Source: Candidatus Omnitrophota bacterium (lineage in GTDB: Bacteria > Omnitrophota > Gorgyraeia > Gorgyraeales > Gorgyraeaceae). Taken from it: a DNA stretch of 64,000 bases. The DNA is taken from contig JBHPFI010000003.1 in the NCBI GenBank assembly GCA_042572045.1, positions 6,342 through 70,341 of the forward strand. The letters are read 5' to 3'. The stretch's first letter is position 1; each line of letters starts with the position of its first letter. Of the stretch, positions 1 through 10,760 are shown piece by piece. Position numbers and translations under genes: made by a program. Under the pieces are notes generated by a model. That model did no database searches. It was not told the origin of the DNA and worked only from the letters and a program-made list of their open reading frames with translations.

Positions 1-215
1 AATATTCCAGGGCCCTTGACGTAATAAGAAGCTCTAAGAAAAAATCTCCAAAACAGGATTACACGCTGTTAGAGTTGGAGCGGAATATAAAGAACAAAAT
101 AAAGGAGGAAAGGATAGAAGACCATTATAACGAAGGCCTTATGCGCTATCGCCAGAAAAATTTTGCAGGTGCAAGAAAAGAATTCGAGGCAATACTTAAT
201 ATTTTGCCAGAATAA
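1..215 (+). CDS. 3' end of a truncated ORF, TPR-like C-terminus
   Basis: Open frame from the window edge to TAA at 213-215. The tail ...YNEGLMRYRQKNFAGARKEFEAILNILPE looks like a tetratricopeptide repeat. Confidence 0.4.
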   Translation, partial: YSRALDVIRSSKKKSPKQDYTLLELERNIKNKIKEERIEDHYNEGLMRYRQKNFAGARKEFEAILNILPE

Positions 216-445
216 TTCTCCTGAATCCTAAATGCAAGACATATCCTTCCATTTTTATACAGAAATCACCCTATAATTAGATAATAGCCGGGCATTACAA
301 TAATGACATATAAACTGCAAAAAGTTCGTAGATTAGCCATGCATAATAGCTATATGAAAGACTAGAAATGTGTGCCAAACGTTAAATAATAAACGGCCCG
401 CCTCGTCAACCTTTGCATATTGTGACAGCGAATACAGATTATGGT

Positions 446-3199
446 ATGAAAAAATCATCGAAAGATTCTAAGGATCCTAATCTTAAGAAAAAAGGGAAAA
501 AGAGGCTTTTTCTGATCGATGGGAATTCTTATTGCTATCGGGCTTATTATGCCATAAAAGAACTCAGGAATTCAAAAGGCCTTCCTACCAACGCGATCTA
601 TGGCTTTATATTGATGCTTAAAAAATTACTCGACACGCAAAATCCTGATTACCTGGCCGTGGCATTTGATTTAAAAGGACCTACGTTTAGACATAAAAAA
701 TTCAAGGAATATAAAATCAAAAGAAAACCTATGCCTGACGACCTTGTTTTACAGCTGCCTATGATAAAGGAGATAGTGTCCGCTTACAATATACCCATAT
801 TTGAAAAAGAGGGATTTGAGGCAGACGACATCCTAGCCACGATTGCCAAGAAGGTTTCCAAAGAGAAGCATATCGATGTATGCATAGTGACAGGCGATAA
901 AGACATATTGCAGCTTGTGGATGAAAATATAAAGATATACAGCACTCACAAAGAAGGACTTGTGTATGACGAAAATGCGGTAAGGGAAAGATTTTCCGGA
1001 TTAGGGCCAGAGAGCATGGTTGATCTAATGGCCTTGGCCGGAGATGCGACTGACAATATTCCTGGCGTGCGCGGCATAGGAGAGAAAACAGCCATTAACT
1101 TGATAAAGGAGTTTAATAATATAGAAAATTTATATAACAACCTGGACAGGATAACGAATGAGTCAAAGAAAAAAATATTAGCAGATGATGAAGAGAGCGC
1201 CCGCATGTCAAAGGAGCTTAGCGCCTTGGACCTCTCTGTAGGCATAGACATTGATGTTGAGACTATGCGCGTGATAGCGCCTGATACAAAAAAACTTTCA
1301 GGACTTTTTAAAGAATGGGAGTTTAAGGGTTTTGCAAAAGAGATCGCATCCTGTGATTCTGACATACGTCGCGAGGCATGTTACAAGACGATTTTGACGC
1401 AAAAGGAATTTGATCTTTTTCTTGGAGAATTAAAGAAGCAGAAAGAGCTTGTCCTGGATTTTGAAACAACGAGTGAAAACCCGTTAAAAGCAATGCCGGT
1501 AGGCATATCTTTTTGCTGGAAGAAGGCCAATGCCTATTATGTCCCGCTGGTTAATAAAAACCAGGCGCATGCTGCCGGAGCGCATAAAGACATTGAGATA
1601 GGACGCGCGCTAGAGGCATTGAAGCCCGTCCTAGAGAGCGAGGACATAAAAAAGATAGGGCAGAATCTAAAATATGAAAAATTGATACTTTCGGAACGCG
1701 GCATAGAATTAAAGGGGATATATTTTGATACCATGATAGCGTCTTATTTGTTGAATCCGTCGAAAATCAGCCATAATCTGGACGATATGGCATTTGAGAG
1801 GCTTGACCATAAGATGATATCGCTGGACGAGGTTTTGGGCACAGGCAAGAAAAGAATGACAATGGATATGGTTTCCCTGGATAAGGTTTCTGAATATTCT
1901 TGCGAAGATAGCGATGTGACATTCAGGCTCAAAGAGATTTTCGAAAAGCAACTTTTCGATAAAGATCTGAGCGGCCTTTTTCAAGAGATAGAGGTCCCGC
2001 TCATAGAGGTGCTGTCAGATATGGAGAAAAACGGCGTAAAGATAGACAAGGGCTTGTTGAAAGATACATCAAAGATCATGGAAAAGGATCTATCTCACAC
2101 CGTAGCCAATATCTACAAGATGGCAGGGGTGGAATTTAATATAAACTCGCCAAAGCAGCTGAGCGAGATATTGTTTGAGCGATTAGACCTGCCAGTAATA
2201 AGAAGGACAAAAACCGGCATCTCTACTGACATGGGTGTCCTTGAAAGGTTATCCCTGGTCCACCCATTACCAAAAGAACTTTTGCGATACAGGGAATTAT
2301 CCAAATTAAAATCAACATACATAGATGCATTACCTGAGCTCATAAACAAAAAAACAGGAAGACTACATACGTCCTTCAATCAAACAGTTACCGCGACCGG
2401 CAGGCTTTCATCCAGCAAGCCAAATCTGCAGAATATACCTATAAAAACAGAGCAAGGCAAAGGCATAAGAAAGGCCTTTATAGGTGAACATGGCGCGTAT
2501 ATTATATCCGCGGATTATTCCCAGATAGAATTGAGAATTCTGGCGCATTTGTCCAAAGACGAACAGCTGATGATGGCGTTTGAAAAAGACAAGGACGTGC
2601 ATGTACACACCGCTTCCTTGATATTTGACGTTAAAGAAAAAGACGTGACACATGAGATGAGGGCAAACGCAAAGACGGTAAATTTTGGAATAGTCTACGG
2701 CATGAGCGCATTTGGCTTATCGAGAGGGCTTTCTATTGACCCAGCGAGCGCGCAGCGTTTTATAGATTCTTATTTCGAGAGGTACCCTGGGGTAAGGATG
2801 TACATGGAGGACAAGATAGAAGAGGCCAGAGACACAGGTTATGTTACTACCCTTTTTAATAGACGCAGGTATATACCAGAAATAACAACCGGGGGCATAA
2901 AAGGGCAGCAGCAGGCCGAAAGGATAGCGATCAATACACCAATACAAGGCTCGGCAGCAGATCTTATAAAGATAGCCATGGTCAATATACATAGAGAGAT
3001 AAAAGAGAGAAAGCTCTCCTCGAAGATGATACTGCAGGTGCATGACGAGCTCGTCTTCGAGACCCCTAAAGAACAACTCGAACCTATGTGTTCCCTGGCA
3101 AGAAAGAGCATGGAATGTGCTGTAAAATTGCGCGTGCCGATAAAGGTAAGCATAAAGTACGGGAAGAACTGGCTGGAGACAGAAGAAGCGCAATTTTAA
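446..3199 (+). CDS. polA: DNA polymerase I
   Basis: 5'-nuclease N-terminus LFLIDGNSYCYRAYYA, ExoI LDFETTS, pol motif A DYSQIELRILAH, motif C QVHDELVFE. First ATG in the ORF is at 446 (track start 413 is TTG). Confidence 0.95.
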   Translation: MKKSSKDSKDPNLKKKGKKRLFLIDGNSYCYRAYYAIKELRNSKGLPTNAIYGFILMLKKLLDTQNPDYLAVAFDLKGPTFRHKKFKEYKIKRKPMPDDLVLQLPMIKEIVSAYNIPIFEKEGFEADDILATIAKKVSKEKHIDVCIVTGDKDILQLVDENIKIYSTHKEGLVYDENAVRERFSGLGPESMVDLMALAGDATDNIPGVRGIGEKTAINLIKEFNNIENLYNNLDRITNESKKKILADDEESARMSKELSALDLSVGIDIDVETMRVIAPDTKKLSGLFKEWEFKGFAKEIASCDSDIRREACYKTILTQKEFDLFLGELKKQKELVLDFETTSENPLKAMPVGISFCWKKANAYYVPLVNKNQAHAAGAHKDIEIGRALEALKPVLESEDIKKIGQNLKYEKLILSERGIELKGIYFDTMIASYLLNPSKISHNLDDMAFERLDHKMISLDEVLGTGKKRMTMDMVSLDKVSEYSCEDSDVTFRLKEIFEKQLFDKDLSGLFQEIEVPLIEVLSDMEKNGVKIDKGLLKDTSKIMEKDLSHTVANIYKMAGVEFNINSPKQLSEILFERLDLPVIRRTKTGISTDMGVLERLSLVHPLPKELLRYRELSKLKSTYIDALPELINKKTGRLHTSFNQTVTATGRLSSSKPNLQNIPIKTEQGKGIRKAFIGEHGAYIISADYSQIELRILAHLSKDEQLMMAFEKDKDVHVHTASLIFDVKEKDVTHEMRANAKTVNFGIVYGMSAFGLSRGLSIDPASAQRFIDSYFERYPGVRMYMEDKIEEARDTGYVTTLFNRRRYIPEITTGGIKGQQQAERIAINTPIQGSAADLIKIAMVNIHREIKERKLSSKMILQVHDELVFETPKEQLEPMCSLARKSMECAVKLRVPIKVSIKYGKNWLETEEAQF

Positions 3200-3220
3200 T
3201 CTAAAGAAAGAACCTGTTTT

Positions 3221-3811
3221 ATGGTCATTGGCGTTACAGGTAGTTTTGGAAGCGGCAAGAGCTTTGTCGCAAAGATGTTTGCGCAGCGAGGCGCTTATAT
3301 TGTTGATGCGGATGGAATATGCCACTCGTTGATGAAGCCATCAAAAAAGGCTTACAAAAAAGTCCTCAGGCATTTTGGCCGCAGTATACTCAAAAAAGAC
3401 AAGACCATCGATAGAAAAAGGCTGGCAGGTATTGTTTTTGAAAAAGGAGGCGAGATAAAGCTGCTCAATAGGCTCGTTCACCCAGAGGTCATAAAGGAAA
3501 TGGTGAGGCTTATACGGACAAACAAAAAGAACGCTCTTATAGTTGTTGATGGACCTCTTTTGGTGGAAACGGGTTTTTATAAAAAAATGGATAGGTTGAT
3601 AGTTGTAAAAACTGGGAGACACATACAGACCAACAGGATGATCAAGGCAAAAGGTATGTCCAGGAATGAGGTATTGGACAGAATAAGGATGCAGGCGCCT
3701 TTGAAAAAGAAACTAGCGCTTGCCGACTTTGTTATAGATAATAGCGGTTCGAAAAAGGAAACTTTATCTCAGGTTGAAAAAATTTGGAAAACAATAAGTT
3801 TGTCCGCCTGA
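3221..3811 (+). CDS. coaE: dephospho-CoA kinase
   Basis: P-loop IGVTGSFGSGKS, about 195 aa, typical position after polA. Confidence 0.9.
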   Translation: MVIGVTGSFGSGKSFVAKMFAQRGAYIVDADGICHSLMKPSKKAYKKVLRHFGRSILKKDKTIDRKRLAGIVFEKGGEIKLLNRLVHPEVIKEMVRLIRTNKKNALIVVDGPLLVETGFYKKMDRLIVVKTGRHIQTNRMIKAKGMSRNEVLDRIRMQAPLKKKLALADFVIDNSGSKKETLSQVEKIWKTISLSA

Positions 3812-3818
3812 GGCGGAC
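3802..3818. repeat. GC-rich hairpin GTCCGCC-TGA-GGCGGAC; the coaE stop codon is the loop
   Basis: 7-bp perfect stem read directly. The same 17-mer occurs in reverse complement at 44285-44301. Confidence 0.7.
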
Positions 3819-3838
3819 TCATTTGAGGAGGATGGGTT

Positions 3839-5104
3839 ATGGCTGTAAATGAAAGATTGGATATTGAAAAACTGAAGTCTCTCAAGATATCAGAGCTCAG
3901 TAAGGTTGCGCGTGAAATGAAGGTAAACGGGGTGAGCAGCTTGAGAAAAGAAGAGCTGATTTTTAAAGTGCTCCAGGCTCAGACAGAAAAGATCGGTCTC
4001 ATATTTGGAGAGGGTGTTCTTGAAAGGCTCCCTGACGGGTTTGGTTTTTTGCGTTCTTCAAATTACAGCTACCTTCCTTGTCCCGACGACATATATGTCT
4101 CTCCTTCGCAGATTAAAAAATTCAGCCTGCGTACCGGGGATACAGTGAGTGGGCAGATCAGGCCTCCAAAAGAAGGTGAAAAGTACTTTGCCTTGTTAAA
4201 AGTGGAGGCAGTGAATTACGAAAGCCCTGAAGCGGCAAAGGATAAGATCCTGTTCGATAACCTTACACCTCTTTATCCTAACGAGAGATACGTTCTAGAG
4301 TTGGACCAAAAAGAGCTTTCCATGCGCGTGATGGATCTATTGACGCCTATGGGAAAAGGTCAGAGAGGTACGATTGTCGCGCCGCCTTACAGTGGAAAGA
4401 CCATAATCATGCAAAAGATAGCAAACAGCATTGCGACAAATCATCCAGAGACCATTATTATCGTGCTTCTTATAGACGAGAGGCCTGAAGAGGTCACAGA
4501 TATGGAACGTTCCGTAAAAGGCCAGGTTGTCAGCTCTACGTTTGACGAGCCTGCCGAAAGGCATGTCCAGGTTGCAGAGATGGTGCTTGACAGGGCGAGG
4601 AGGCTTGTTGAGCACAAGAGGGACGTCGTGGTGCTCTTAGACAGCATAACGCGTCTGGCAAGAGCATACAATACAATTGTCCCGCATTCCGGAAAGATAC
4701 TTTCGGGAGGCGTTGATTCAAATGCCCTGCACAAGCCAAAGAGGTTTTTTGGGGCAGCCAGAAATATAGAAGAAGGGGGTAGCTTGACCATTATAGCAAC
4801 GGCACTCGTGGATACAGGCAGCAGGATGGATGAGGTTATATTTGAAGAATTTAAAGGGACAGGAAATATGGAATTGCAGCTTGACAGAAACCTGTTTCAG
4901 AGAAGGGTCTATCCCGCCATTGATATAAAGAGATCGAACACAAGAAAGGAAGAACTTCTTTTGGATGAGAAAGAGCTTCAAAGGGTATGGGTACTGAGAA
5001 AGGTCTTAAACGAACTGAATACTGTGGAGGCAATGGAGCTCCTTCTTTCAAAACTTCGGAAAACAAAGACAAATAAAGAATTTTTAGAAAGCATGAACCA
5101 GTAA
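3839..5104 (+). CDS. rho: transcription termination factor Rho
   Basis: N-terminal [16 protein letters not shown]-binding DGFGFLRS, Walker [10 protein letters not shown]-terminal RKEELL motif. Confidence 0.95.
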   Translation: MAVNERLDIEKLKSLKISELSKVAREMKVNGVSSLRKEELIFKVLQAQTEKIGLIFGEGVLERLPDGFGFLRSSNYSYLPCPDDIYVSPSQIKKFSLRTGDTVSGQIRPPKEGEKYFALLKVEAVNYESPEAAKDKILFDNLTPLYPNERYVLELDQKELSMRVMDLLTPMGKGQRGTIVAPPYSGKTIIMQKIANSIATNHPETIIIVLLIDERPEEVTDMERSVKGQVVSSTFDEPAERHVQVAEMVLDRARRLVEHKRDVVVLLDSITRLARAYNTIVPHSGKILSGGVDSNALHKPKRFFGAARNIEEGGSLTIIATALVDTGSRMDEVIFEEFKGTGNMELQLDRNLFQRRVYPAIDIKRSNTRKEELLLDEKELQRVWVLRKVLNELNTVEAMELLLSKLRKTKTNKEFLESMNQ

Positions 5105-5115
5105 AGGAGGAAGCT

Positions 5116-5322
5116 ATGAAAGCAAAGATTCATCCAGAATACAAAGACACAACGGTTATATGCGCATGCGGAGAGGCCATACATACCCGATCCACAAAGC
5201 AGAATATACGCGTGGAGATATGCTCTAAATGCCATCCCTTTTTCACGGGCAAACAAAAGTTCGTTGACTCTGCCGGAAGAGTGGAGAAGTTTTTAAAGAA
5301 ATACAAGAAGAAAGAGTCGTAA
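5116..5322 (+). CDS. rpmE: 50S ribosomal protein L31 (Zn-binding type)
   Basis: MKAKIHPEY..., Cys pairs CAC / [12 protein letters not shown]. Confidence 0.95.
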   Translation: MKAKIHPEYKDTTVICACGEAIHTRSTKQNIRVEICSKCHPFFTGKQKFVDSAGRVEKFLKKYKKKES

Positions 5323-5356
5323 GGCGAGAGATTAGGATCAGAAGACTTAAAAAGCC

Positions 5357-6433
5357 ATGTTTGATAAATTAGATTCCATATTAGCGAGATACACAGAAAT
5401 TCAGCGTCTTTTGGCAGACCATGGAGTAGTCTCTGATTTAGAGCGATGCCGGAAACTTGCAAAGGAGCTTTCCGGCATAGAGGATGTGGTAAAAAAATAC
5501 AAAGAATACAGGAAGGCGGTCTCTGACATAGAAGACACAAAAAGGCTTTTAGAGAAGGAGACGCATTCAGAGCTTATCGAGATGGCAAAAAAAGAGATCA
5601 AGGAACTGGAGGATAAGAAAAAGACGCTGGAGGCTGAACTGGAAGAGAGAGTGCTCGAAGAAGATGGAGACGCCGCCAAAGACGTGATTATGGAAATAAG
5701 GGCCGGCACAGGAGGAAAAGAGGCGTCTTTATTTGCGGGAAATCTATTTAGGATGTATTCCAAATATGCCGCAAAAAAGGCATGGAAGATAGATGTAATG
5801 GACAGTCATATTGCAGATGGAGGCGGTTTTAAGGAAGTAATATTCTCCGTAAAAGGTAAAAATGTCTATAAAAATTTAAAATACGAAAAGGGCACGCACA
5901 GGGTGCAGCGCGTTCCTCTTACAGAGTCATCCGGCAGGATACATACGTCTGCGGCTACAGTCGCTGTGCTTCCTGAGGCAGAAGATGTTGATGTGGAGAT
6001 CAATCCCCAGGATTTGAAGATAGACACATATCGGGCGAGCGGCGCAGGCGGCCAACACGTAAACGTTACAGATTCTGCGGTGAGGATTACGCATTTGCCC
6101 ACAGGTATCGTGGTACAGTGCCAGAACGAAAGGTCTCAACATAAAAACAAGGCCTCGGCAATAAAGGTTTTGAAGGCAAGAATCTTGGAAGATTCAAGGA
6201 TCAAGCGCGAAAAAAAGATGGCAAGCGACAGAAAAAATCAGGTAGGTTCAGGCGACCGCAGCGAAAAGATACGCACGTATAATTTTCCTGATAGGCGCGT
6301 GACAGATCATAGGATAGGGTTTACTATCCATAAACTAGACAGTGTGATGGAGGGCGAGATCGACGAGATCATAGACGCATTGATGCTAACAGAGAAGAGA
6401 TTGAAATTAAGCAATCCCCAAGGTCAGGGTTGA
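5357..6433 (+). CDS. prfA: peptide chain release factor 1
   Basis: GGQ motif [10 protein letters not shown]-x-T type tripeptide (VPLTES) indicates RF1. Confidence 0.95.
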   Translation: MFDKLDSILARYTEIQRLLADHGVVSDLERCRKLAKELSGIEDVVKKYKEYRKAVSDIEDTKRLLEKETHSELIEMAKKEIKELEDKKKTLEAELEERVLEEDGDAAKDVIMEIRAGTGGKEASLFAGNLFRMYSKYAAKKAWKIDVMDSHIADGGGFKEVIFSVKGKNVYKNLKYEKGTHRVQRVPLTESSGRIHTSAATVAVLPEAEDVDVEINPQDLKIDTYRASGAGGQHVNVTDSAVRITHLPTGIVVQCQNERSQHKNKASAIKVLKARILEDSRIKREKKMASDRKNQVGSGDRSEKIRTYNFPDRRVTDHRIGFTIHKLDSVMEGEIDEIIDALMLTEKRLKLSNPQGQG

Positions 6434-6455
6434 TCAGATTAAAAGAAGGCCAGGC

Positions 6456-7385
6456 ATGGAAACTGAGACAAAAGCCGTTTTTCCCCAAAAAGATATTTTT
6501 TATTTGCTGAATAAATATTCGGATATAGTCTCCAGAATAGATGCGGAGATTTTATTGTCTCACATATTTAGATGCGCCAGGACAGGGCTTTATACAACCA
6601 GTCATAACGCAGATAGAGGCATTGAAAAACTATATGACTCTTTTATAAAAAGACGCTTGTCAGGAGAGCCTATCCAATATATCACCGGCACTGTGGAATT
6701 CATGGGATTGGCTTTTGCTGTAAACAGGCGCGTGTTTATACCCAGGCCAGAGACAGAGATTCTGGCGAACGAGGTTTTGTTATCTACGCAGCCTCGCGCA
6801 AAAGGCGGTAGATTGCGTATATTGGACTTATGCACAGGTTGTGGTAATATAGCGATCAGCCTAGCGCGATTAATTCCAGACACAGAGATTGTTGCCATGG
6901 ATATATCAGGGCCTGCGTTAGAAGTGGCTCAAAAAAACTCTATTCTTCACGGAGTGGATAAATACATAACGTTTTTAAAGGGCGACGCTTTTCAGGTTTT
7001 ACCGGGCTCCAGATATCAGACACCCAAATCGAAAGATAAAAGCTTGGGGCAGGGTTTATTGTTTGATAAAAAGGCTAAATTTGATATAATAGTGTGCAAC
7101 CCGCCGTATATAAAGAGTCTTGAAATAGGATTTTTGCAAAAAGAGGTGCGACTCGAGCCTGAAGCTGCTTTGGACGGAGGCCCTGACGGCTTAGAGTTTT
7201 ACAGGCTAATAGCAGATGTGTCTCCGGATTATTTAAAAGAAAGAGGCTCTTTGTTTTTAGAAATAGGCTTTGGCCAGGCACAGCATGTAGTGGATATTTT
7301 TAACTCAAGGAATTTATTTGAGATACATAAAGTGAAGAAGGATTTTACAGAGATAGACAGGGTGGCATGGATAGATTTATTATAG
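6456..7385 (+). CDS. prmC: release-factor glutamine N5-methyltransferase
   Basis: NPPY motif (IVCNPPYI), SAM-binding LDLCTGCGNIA, position after prfA. Confidence 0.9.
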   Translation: METETKAVFPQKDIFYLLNKYSDIVSRIDAEILLSHIFRCARTGLYTTSHNADRGIEKLYDSFIKRRLSGEPIQYITGTVEFMGLAFAVNRRVFIPRPETEILANEVLLSTQPRAKGGRLRILDLCTGCGNIAISLARLIPDTEIVAMDISGPALEVAQKNSILHGVDKYITFLKGDAFQVLPGSRYQTPKSKDKSLGQGLLFDKKAKFDIIVCNPPYIKSLEIGFLQKEVRLEPEAALDGGPDGLEFYRLIADVSPDYLKERGSLFLEIGFGQAQHVVDIFNSRNLFEIHKVKKDFTEIDRVAWIDLL

Positions 7386-8632
7386 AAGGTGGCATAAAAC
7401 TCAAGGGTTCCACGGAATTGAGCGGCTCGAAAAATGCAGCCCTTCCTATACTGGCCGCAACGCTTCTGACGGACTCCAAATGTATAATAAAAAATGTGCC
7501 GCCTCTGCGAGACGTCTATACAATGCTCAGGATTATGCGAGGTCTGGGCGTTAAGGTCAACATGGAAGAAGATGCGGTCCATGTGGAGCCGCGCGGTTAT
7601 TCAAAATATACTGCGCCATATAAGCTTGTCAGCACTATGAGGGCATCTATATGCGTGCTGGGACCGATGCTGGCTAAATTAAAGCATGCGAAGGTTTCGA
7701 TGCCGGGCGGTTGCGTTATTGGACCGAGGCCTATCGATTTGCACATAAAAGGTCTGCGCTCAATAGGCGCTGACATAAAGATAGAACACGGGTATATTAT
7801 CGCTGCCACAAAACGCCTGGAAGGCAGCCGGGTCTATTTGGGCGGGAATTTTGGTTCAAGCGTATTGGCAACAGCAAATCTTATGATGACTGCTACGCTT
7901 GCAAAAGGTAAGACCGTGATTGAAAGTGCGGCATGCGAACCAGAGATATACGACCTTGCGAATTTTCTTATTAAGATGGGGGCAAAGATAAAAGGCCATG
8001 GCACGCCTATTATAGAAATAGACGGCGTCAAGTCGCTTGGCGGCGCCGAGCATTCTGTGATCTATGACAGAATAGAAGCCGGCACATTTATGATAGCAGC
8101 GGCTATTACCGGAGGCGACATAATAATAAAGCATGCTAAAATAGAGTACTTGGGCGCCATTGTAGATAAATTGCAAGACGCAGGCGTTAAGATTGCAAAG
8201 GTAAAGGACGGTGTACGCGTAAAAAAAATGCGCTCCGCAAAACCAGTGGATGTCACAACCCTTCCTTATCCAGGATTTCCTACTGATATGCAGGCTCAGA
8301 TGACAGCCCTTATGAGCACAACCAAAGGCATTAGCGTTGTCACAGAAAAGGTATATCCTGAGAGGTTTATGTATGTGAGCGAGCTCGCAAGAATGGGCGC
8401 TCAGATTATGCGCGAAGGCCCAAGCGCAATAGTTAAAGGTGTGTCCCATCTTAGCGGCGCGCCTGTGATGGCGTCAGATTTACGTGCCTCAGCAGCTCTG
8501 ATACTTTCAGGATTGGTTGCCAAAGGCAGGACAGAAATATCAAGGATTTATCACTTGGATCGTGGATACCATAACATCGAAGAAAAACTAGAGAGGTTGG
8601 GCGCAAGAATAAAGCGCGAAAAAGAAGATTAG
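7367..8632 (+). CDS. murA: UDP-N-acetylglucosamine 1-carboxyvinyltransferase
   Basis: MDRFIIEGG.KLKG N-terminus, active-site Cys loop GGCVIGPRPIDLH. Overlaps prmC by 19 nt. Confidence 0.95.
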   Translation: MDRFIIEGGIKLKGSTELSGSKNAALPILAATLLTDSKCIIKNVPPLRDVYTMLRIMRGLGVKVNMEEDAVHVEPRGYSKYTAPYKLVSTMRASICVLGPMLAKLKHAKVSMPGGCVIGPRPIDLHIKGLRSIGADIKIEHGYIIAATKRLEGSRVYLGGNFGSSVLATANLMMTATLAKGKTVIESAACEPEIYDLANFLIKMGAKIKGHGTPIIEIDGVKSLGGAEHSVIYDRIEAGTFMIAAAITGGDIIIKHAKIEYLGAIVDKLQDAGVKIAKVKDGVRVKKMRSAKPVDVTTLPYPGFPTDMQAQMTALMSTTKGISVVTEKVYPERFMYVSELARMGAQIMREGPSAIVKGVSHLSGAPVMASDLRASAALILSGLVAKGRTEISRIYHLDRGYHNIEEKLERLGARIKREKED

Positions 8633-8739
8633 TTGAATGAGGACATGATTTATGGAGGCTGCAGGCCGACATAAACCGTGCGTCCGAATTTAACCCGCCT
8701 TGTGGGCGGATAAAATACCAATTAAACGAGGAGGAAAAG

Positions 8740-8982
8740 ATGGCGGTAAGAATCAGATTGAAGAGGTTTGGCACAAAAAAGAAACCACATCGCAGGATAG
8801 TCGTATGCGATAAAAAGCGCGCAAGGGACGGCAAGACCATAGAGGAGATAGGTTATTATGATCCTTCTAAAAATCCAGCGGTTATAGTAGTGGACAAGGA
8901 AAGGGCCAAATACTGGATATCCAATGGCGCTACCCCGTCCGAGACAGTGAAGACCCTGCTAAAAAAACAAAACGCTATTTAA
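8740..8982 (+). CDS. rpsP: 30S ribosomal protein S16
   Basis: MAVRIRLKRFGTKKKPHRRIVV, SD aggagg upstream. Confidence 0.95.
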   Translation: MAVRIRLKRFGTKKKPHRRIVVCDKKRARDGKTIEEIGYYDPSKNPAVIVVDKERAKYWISNGATPSETVKTLLKKQNAI

Positions 8983-9025
8983 ATGCTTTGAGCGCGCGAA
9001 ATAATCACGCCGTCTTGTTGATTTT

Positions 9026-9712
9026 ATGCGAATAGACGTCCTGACCATCTTTCCGAAAATGTTCGATGCCGTGATGGGCGAGTCTATAATAAAAAGGGCT
9101 CAGAAAAAAGGCGTGGTCAGGTTAAACATTGTTGATCTGAGGGTTTTTTCAAAGGATAAACACAAAAAGGTAGATGACAAGCCTTTTGGTGGAGGCCCTG
9201 GGATGGTCATGAACGTTGAGCCATTTTTTGAGGCTATAAATTATATACGCCGCAAGACCAAAGACGAAAGGCTTAAGACCAGGATTATCCTTATGAGCCC
9301 AAAAGGGCCTGGATTTAACCAGAGAAACGCCTCAAGGCTGGCGCGACGCGAGCATCTGATATTACTTTGCGGGCATTACGAAGGCGTTGACGAGAGGATC
9401 AGGGAACACCTGGTCGATGAGGAAATATCAATAGGGGATTTTGTCTTAACAGGCGGTGAGCTTGCGGCAATGATAGTCATAGACAGCGTTGTAAGGCTTT
9501 TACCAGGATGTTTGGGCAATAAAGATTCTTCCAGCGAGGAATCTTTTGCAAAGGGCCTATTGGAATACCCGCACTACACCCGGCCTGCTGAGTATAAGGG
9601 CATGAAAGTCCCGGATGTGCTTTTGTCCGGAGACCATAAGAAGATAAAAGGGTGGAGAAGAAAAGAATCCTTGAAGACAACAAAAAGAAAAAGACCGGAT
9701 CTTATAAAATAA
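9026..9712 (+). CDS. trmD: tRNA (guanine37-N1)-methyltransferase
   Basis: [32 protein letters not shown] motifs. Confidence 0.95.
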   Translation: MRIDVLTIFPKMFDAVMGESIIKRAQKKGVVRLNIVDLRVFSKDKHKKVDDKPFGGGPGMVMNVEPFFEAINYIRRKTKDERLKTRIILMSPKGPGFNQRNASRLARREHLILLCGHYEGVDERIREHLVDEEISIGDFVLTGGELAAMIVIDSVVRLLPGCLGNKDSSSEESFAKGLLEYPHYTRPAEYKGMKVPDVLLSGDHKKIKGWRRKESLKTTKRKRPDLIK

Positions 9713-9745
9713 GTCAAGATTAAAACTATTAAGGAGGAGGCTATC

Positions 9746-10135
9746 ATGAAGGAGATTCTTGAGATCGAAGCAGGTTTTATGAAAAAAGATATACCGAGTT
9801 TTAAGGTCGGGGATACGGTAAAGGTATTTGTAAAAATAAAAGAGGGTGACAAGACGCGCCTGCAGGCCTTTGAGGGGATTGTTATTGCAAAGAAGGGCTC
9901 TGGCGTCAGGGAGAGTTTTACTGTAAGGCGCATATCCTATGGCGAAGGCGTGGAGAGGGTTTTTCAATTGCATGCCCCTTCAATAGACTCTGTTGTCGTT
10001 GCAAAAAAGGGAAAGGTTAAAAGATCCAAACTTTATTACCTAAGAGGAAAGATTGGAAAAGATACGAAAGTCGAAGAAGAGAGGACGTTTGATAAAAAGG
10101 AAGATGCTTCTTTGGGAAAAAAAGGCGTTTCTTGA
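9746..10135 (+). CDS. rplS: 50S ribosomal protein L19
   Basis: FKVGDTVKV..KIKEGDKTRLQAFEG..RRISYGEGVERVF. Confidence 0.95.
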   Translation: MKEILEIEAGFMKKDIPSFKVGDTVKVFVKIKEGDKTRLQAFEGIVIAKKGSGVRESFTVRRISYGEGVERVFQLHAPSIDSVVVAKKGKVKRSKLYYLRGKIGKDTKVEEERTFDKKEDASLGKKGVS

Positions 10136-10760
10136 TGGCGCCTCTCTGATCCTTGGCCTGGATGAAGCAGGCCGCGGGCCCTTGGCCGGACCTGTAATAG
10201 CGGCAGCTGTTTTGTTAAAGCCATCGCCTTTAAAAAGATTTACCTTTCCCCGTTACGCCGAAAGGCTGGATGATTCCAAAAAATTGTCCTTTGCACAAAG
10301 GGAAAGGTCTTACAGGGAGATCTTAAAAAAATCCCTGTTCGGCGTAGGATTAAAAGACCCTAGATTTATAGACAGGCAAAATATACGCATAGCGACGCTT
10401 CTGGCTATGAAGGAGGCGGTAGAAAAGGTTGTAACCAAGTATTGCCGGCTGAACAACAAACTAGAGGCGAGGATAAGAGACAGTATCTGCGTGTTGGTTG
10501 ACGGCGATTGCGACCCTGATGTCCCTTACCGGAAGATCCCGATAATAAAAGGCGACTCGAGGAGCGTTTCAATTGCTGCGGCATCAATAGTTGCCAAAGT
10601 TACGCGCGACAGGATGATGGTATCTTATGACAAAAGGTATCCTGGGTATGGATTTTCAAGACACAAGGGATATGGCACAAGATTTCATATAGAGACAATA
10701 CAAAAACGCGGTCCGTGCCCTATTCACAGAAAGAGCTTTGCGCGCGTTAAGATAAAATGA
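10104..10760 (+). CDS. rnhB: ribonuclease HII
   Basis: GLDEAGRGPLAGPV catalytic motif. Internal ATG at 10104 chosen because the track start 10053 lies deep inside rplS. Confidence 0.9.
   Translation: MLLWEKKAFLDGASLILGLDEAGRGPLAGPVIAAAVLLKPSPLKRFTFPRYAERLDDSKKLSFAQRERSYREILKKSLFGVGLKDPRFIDRQNIRIATLLAMKEAVEKVVTKYCRLNNKLEARIRDSICVLVDGDCDPDVPYRKIPIIKGDSRSVSIAAASIVAKVTRDRMMVSYDKRYPGYGFSRHKGYGTRFHIETIQKRGPCPIHRKSFARVKIK

Noticed and set aside
216-445. 230-nt gap upstream of polA as a possible ncRNA or promoter region
   Set aside because: It contains a TATAAT at 272-277, but the best -35 candidate (TTCCAT) has 19-nt spacing. I found no convincing hairpins or repeats, so nothing can be supported.
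2717-3325. 202-aa ORF on the - strand, and the similar 7856-8449 and 32859-33341 - strand ORFs
   Set aside because: They are antisense to polA/coaE, murA and ruvX/M16 respectively. None has family motifs or a ribosome-binding site. They would be the only - strand genes in 64 kb.
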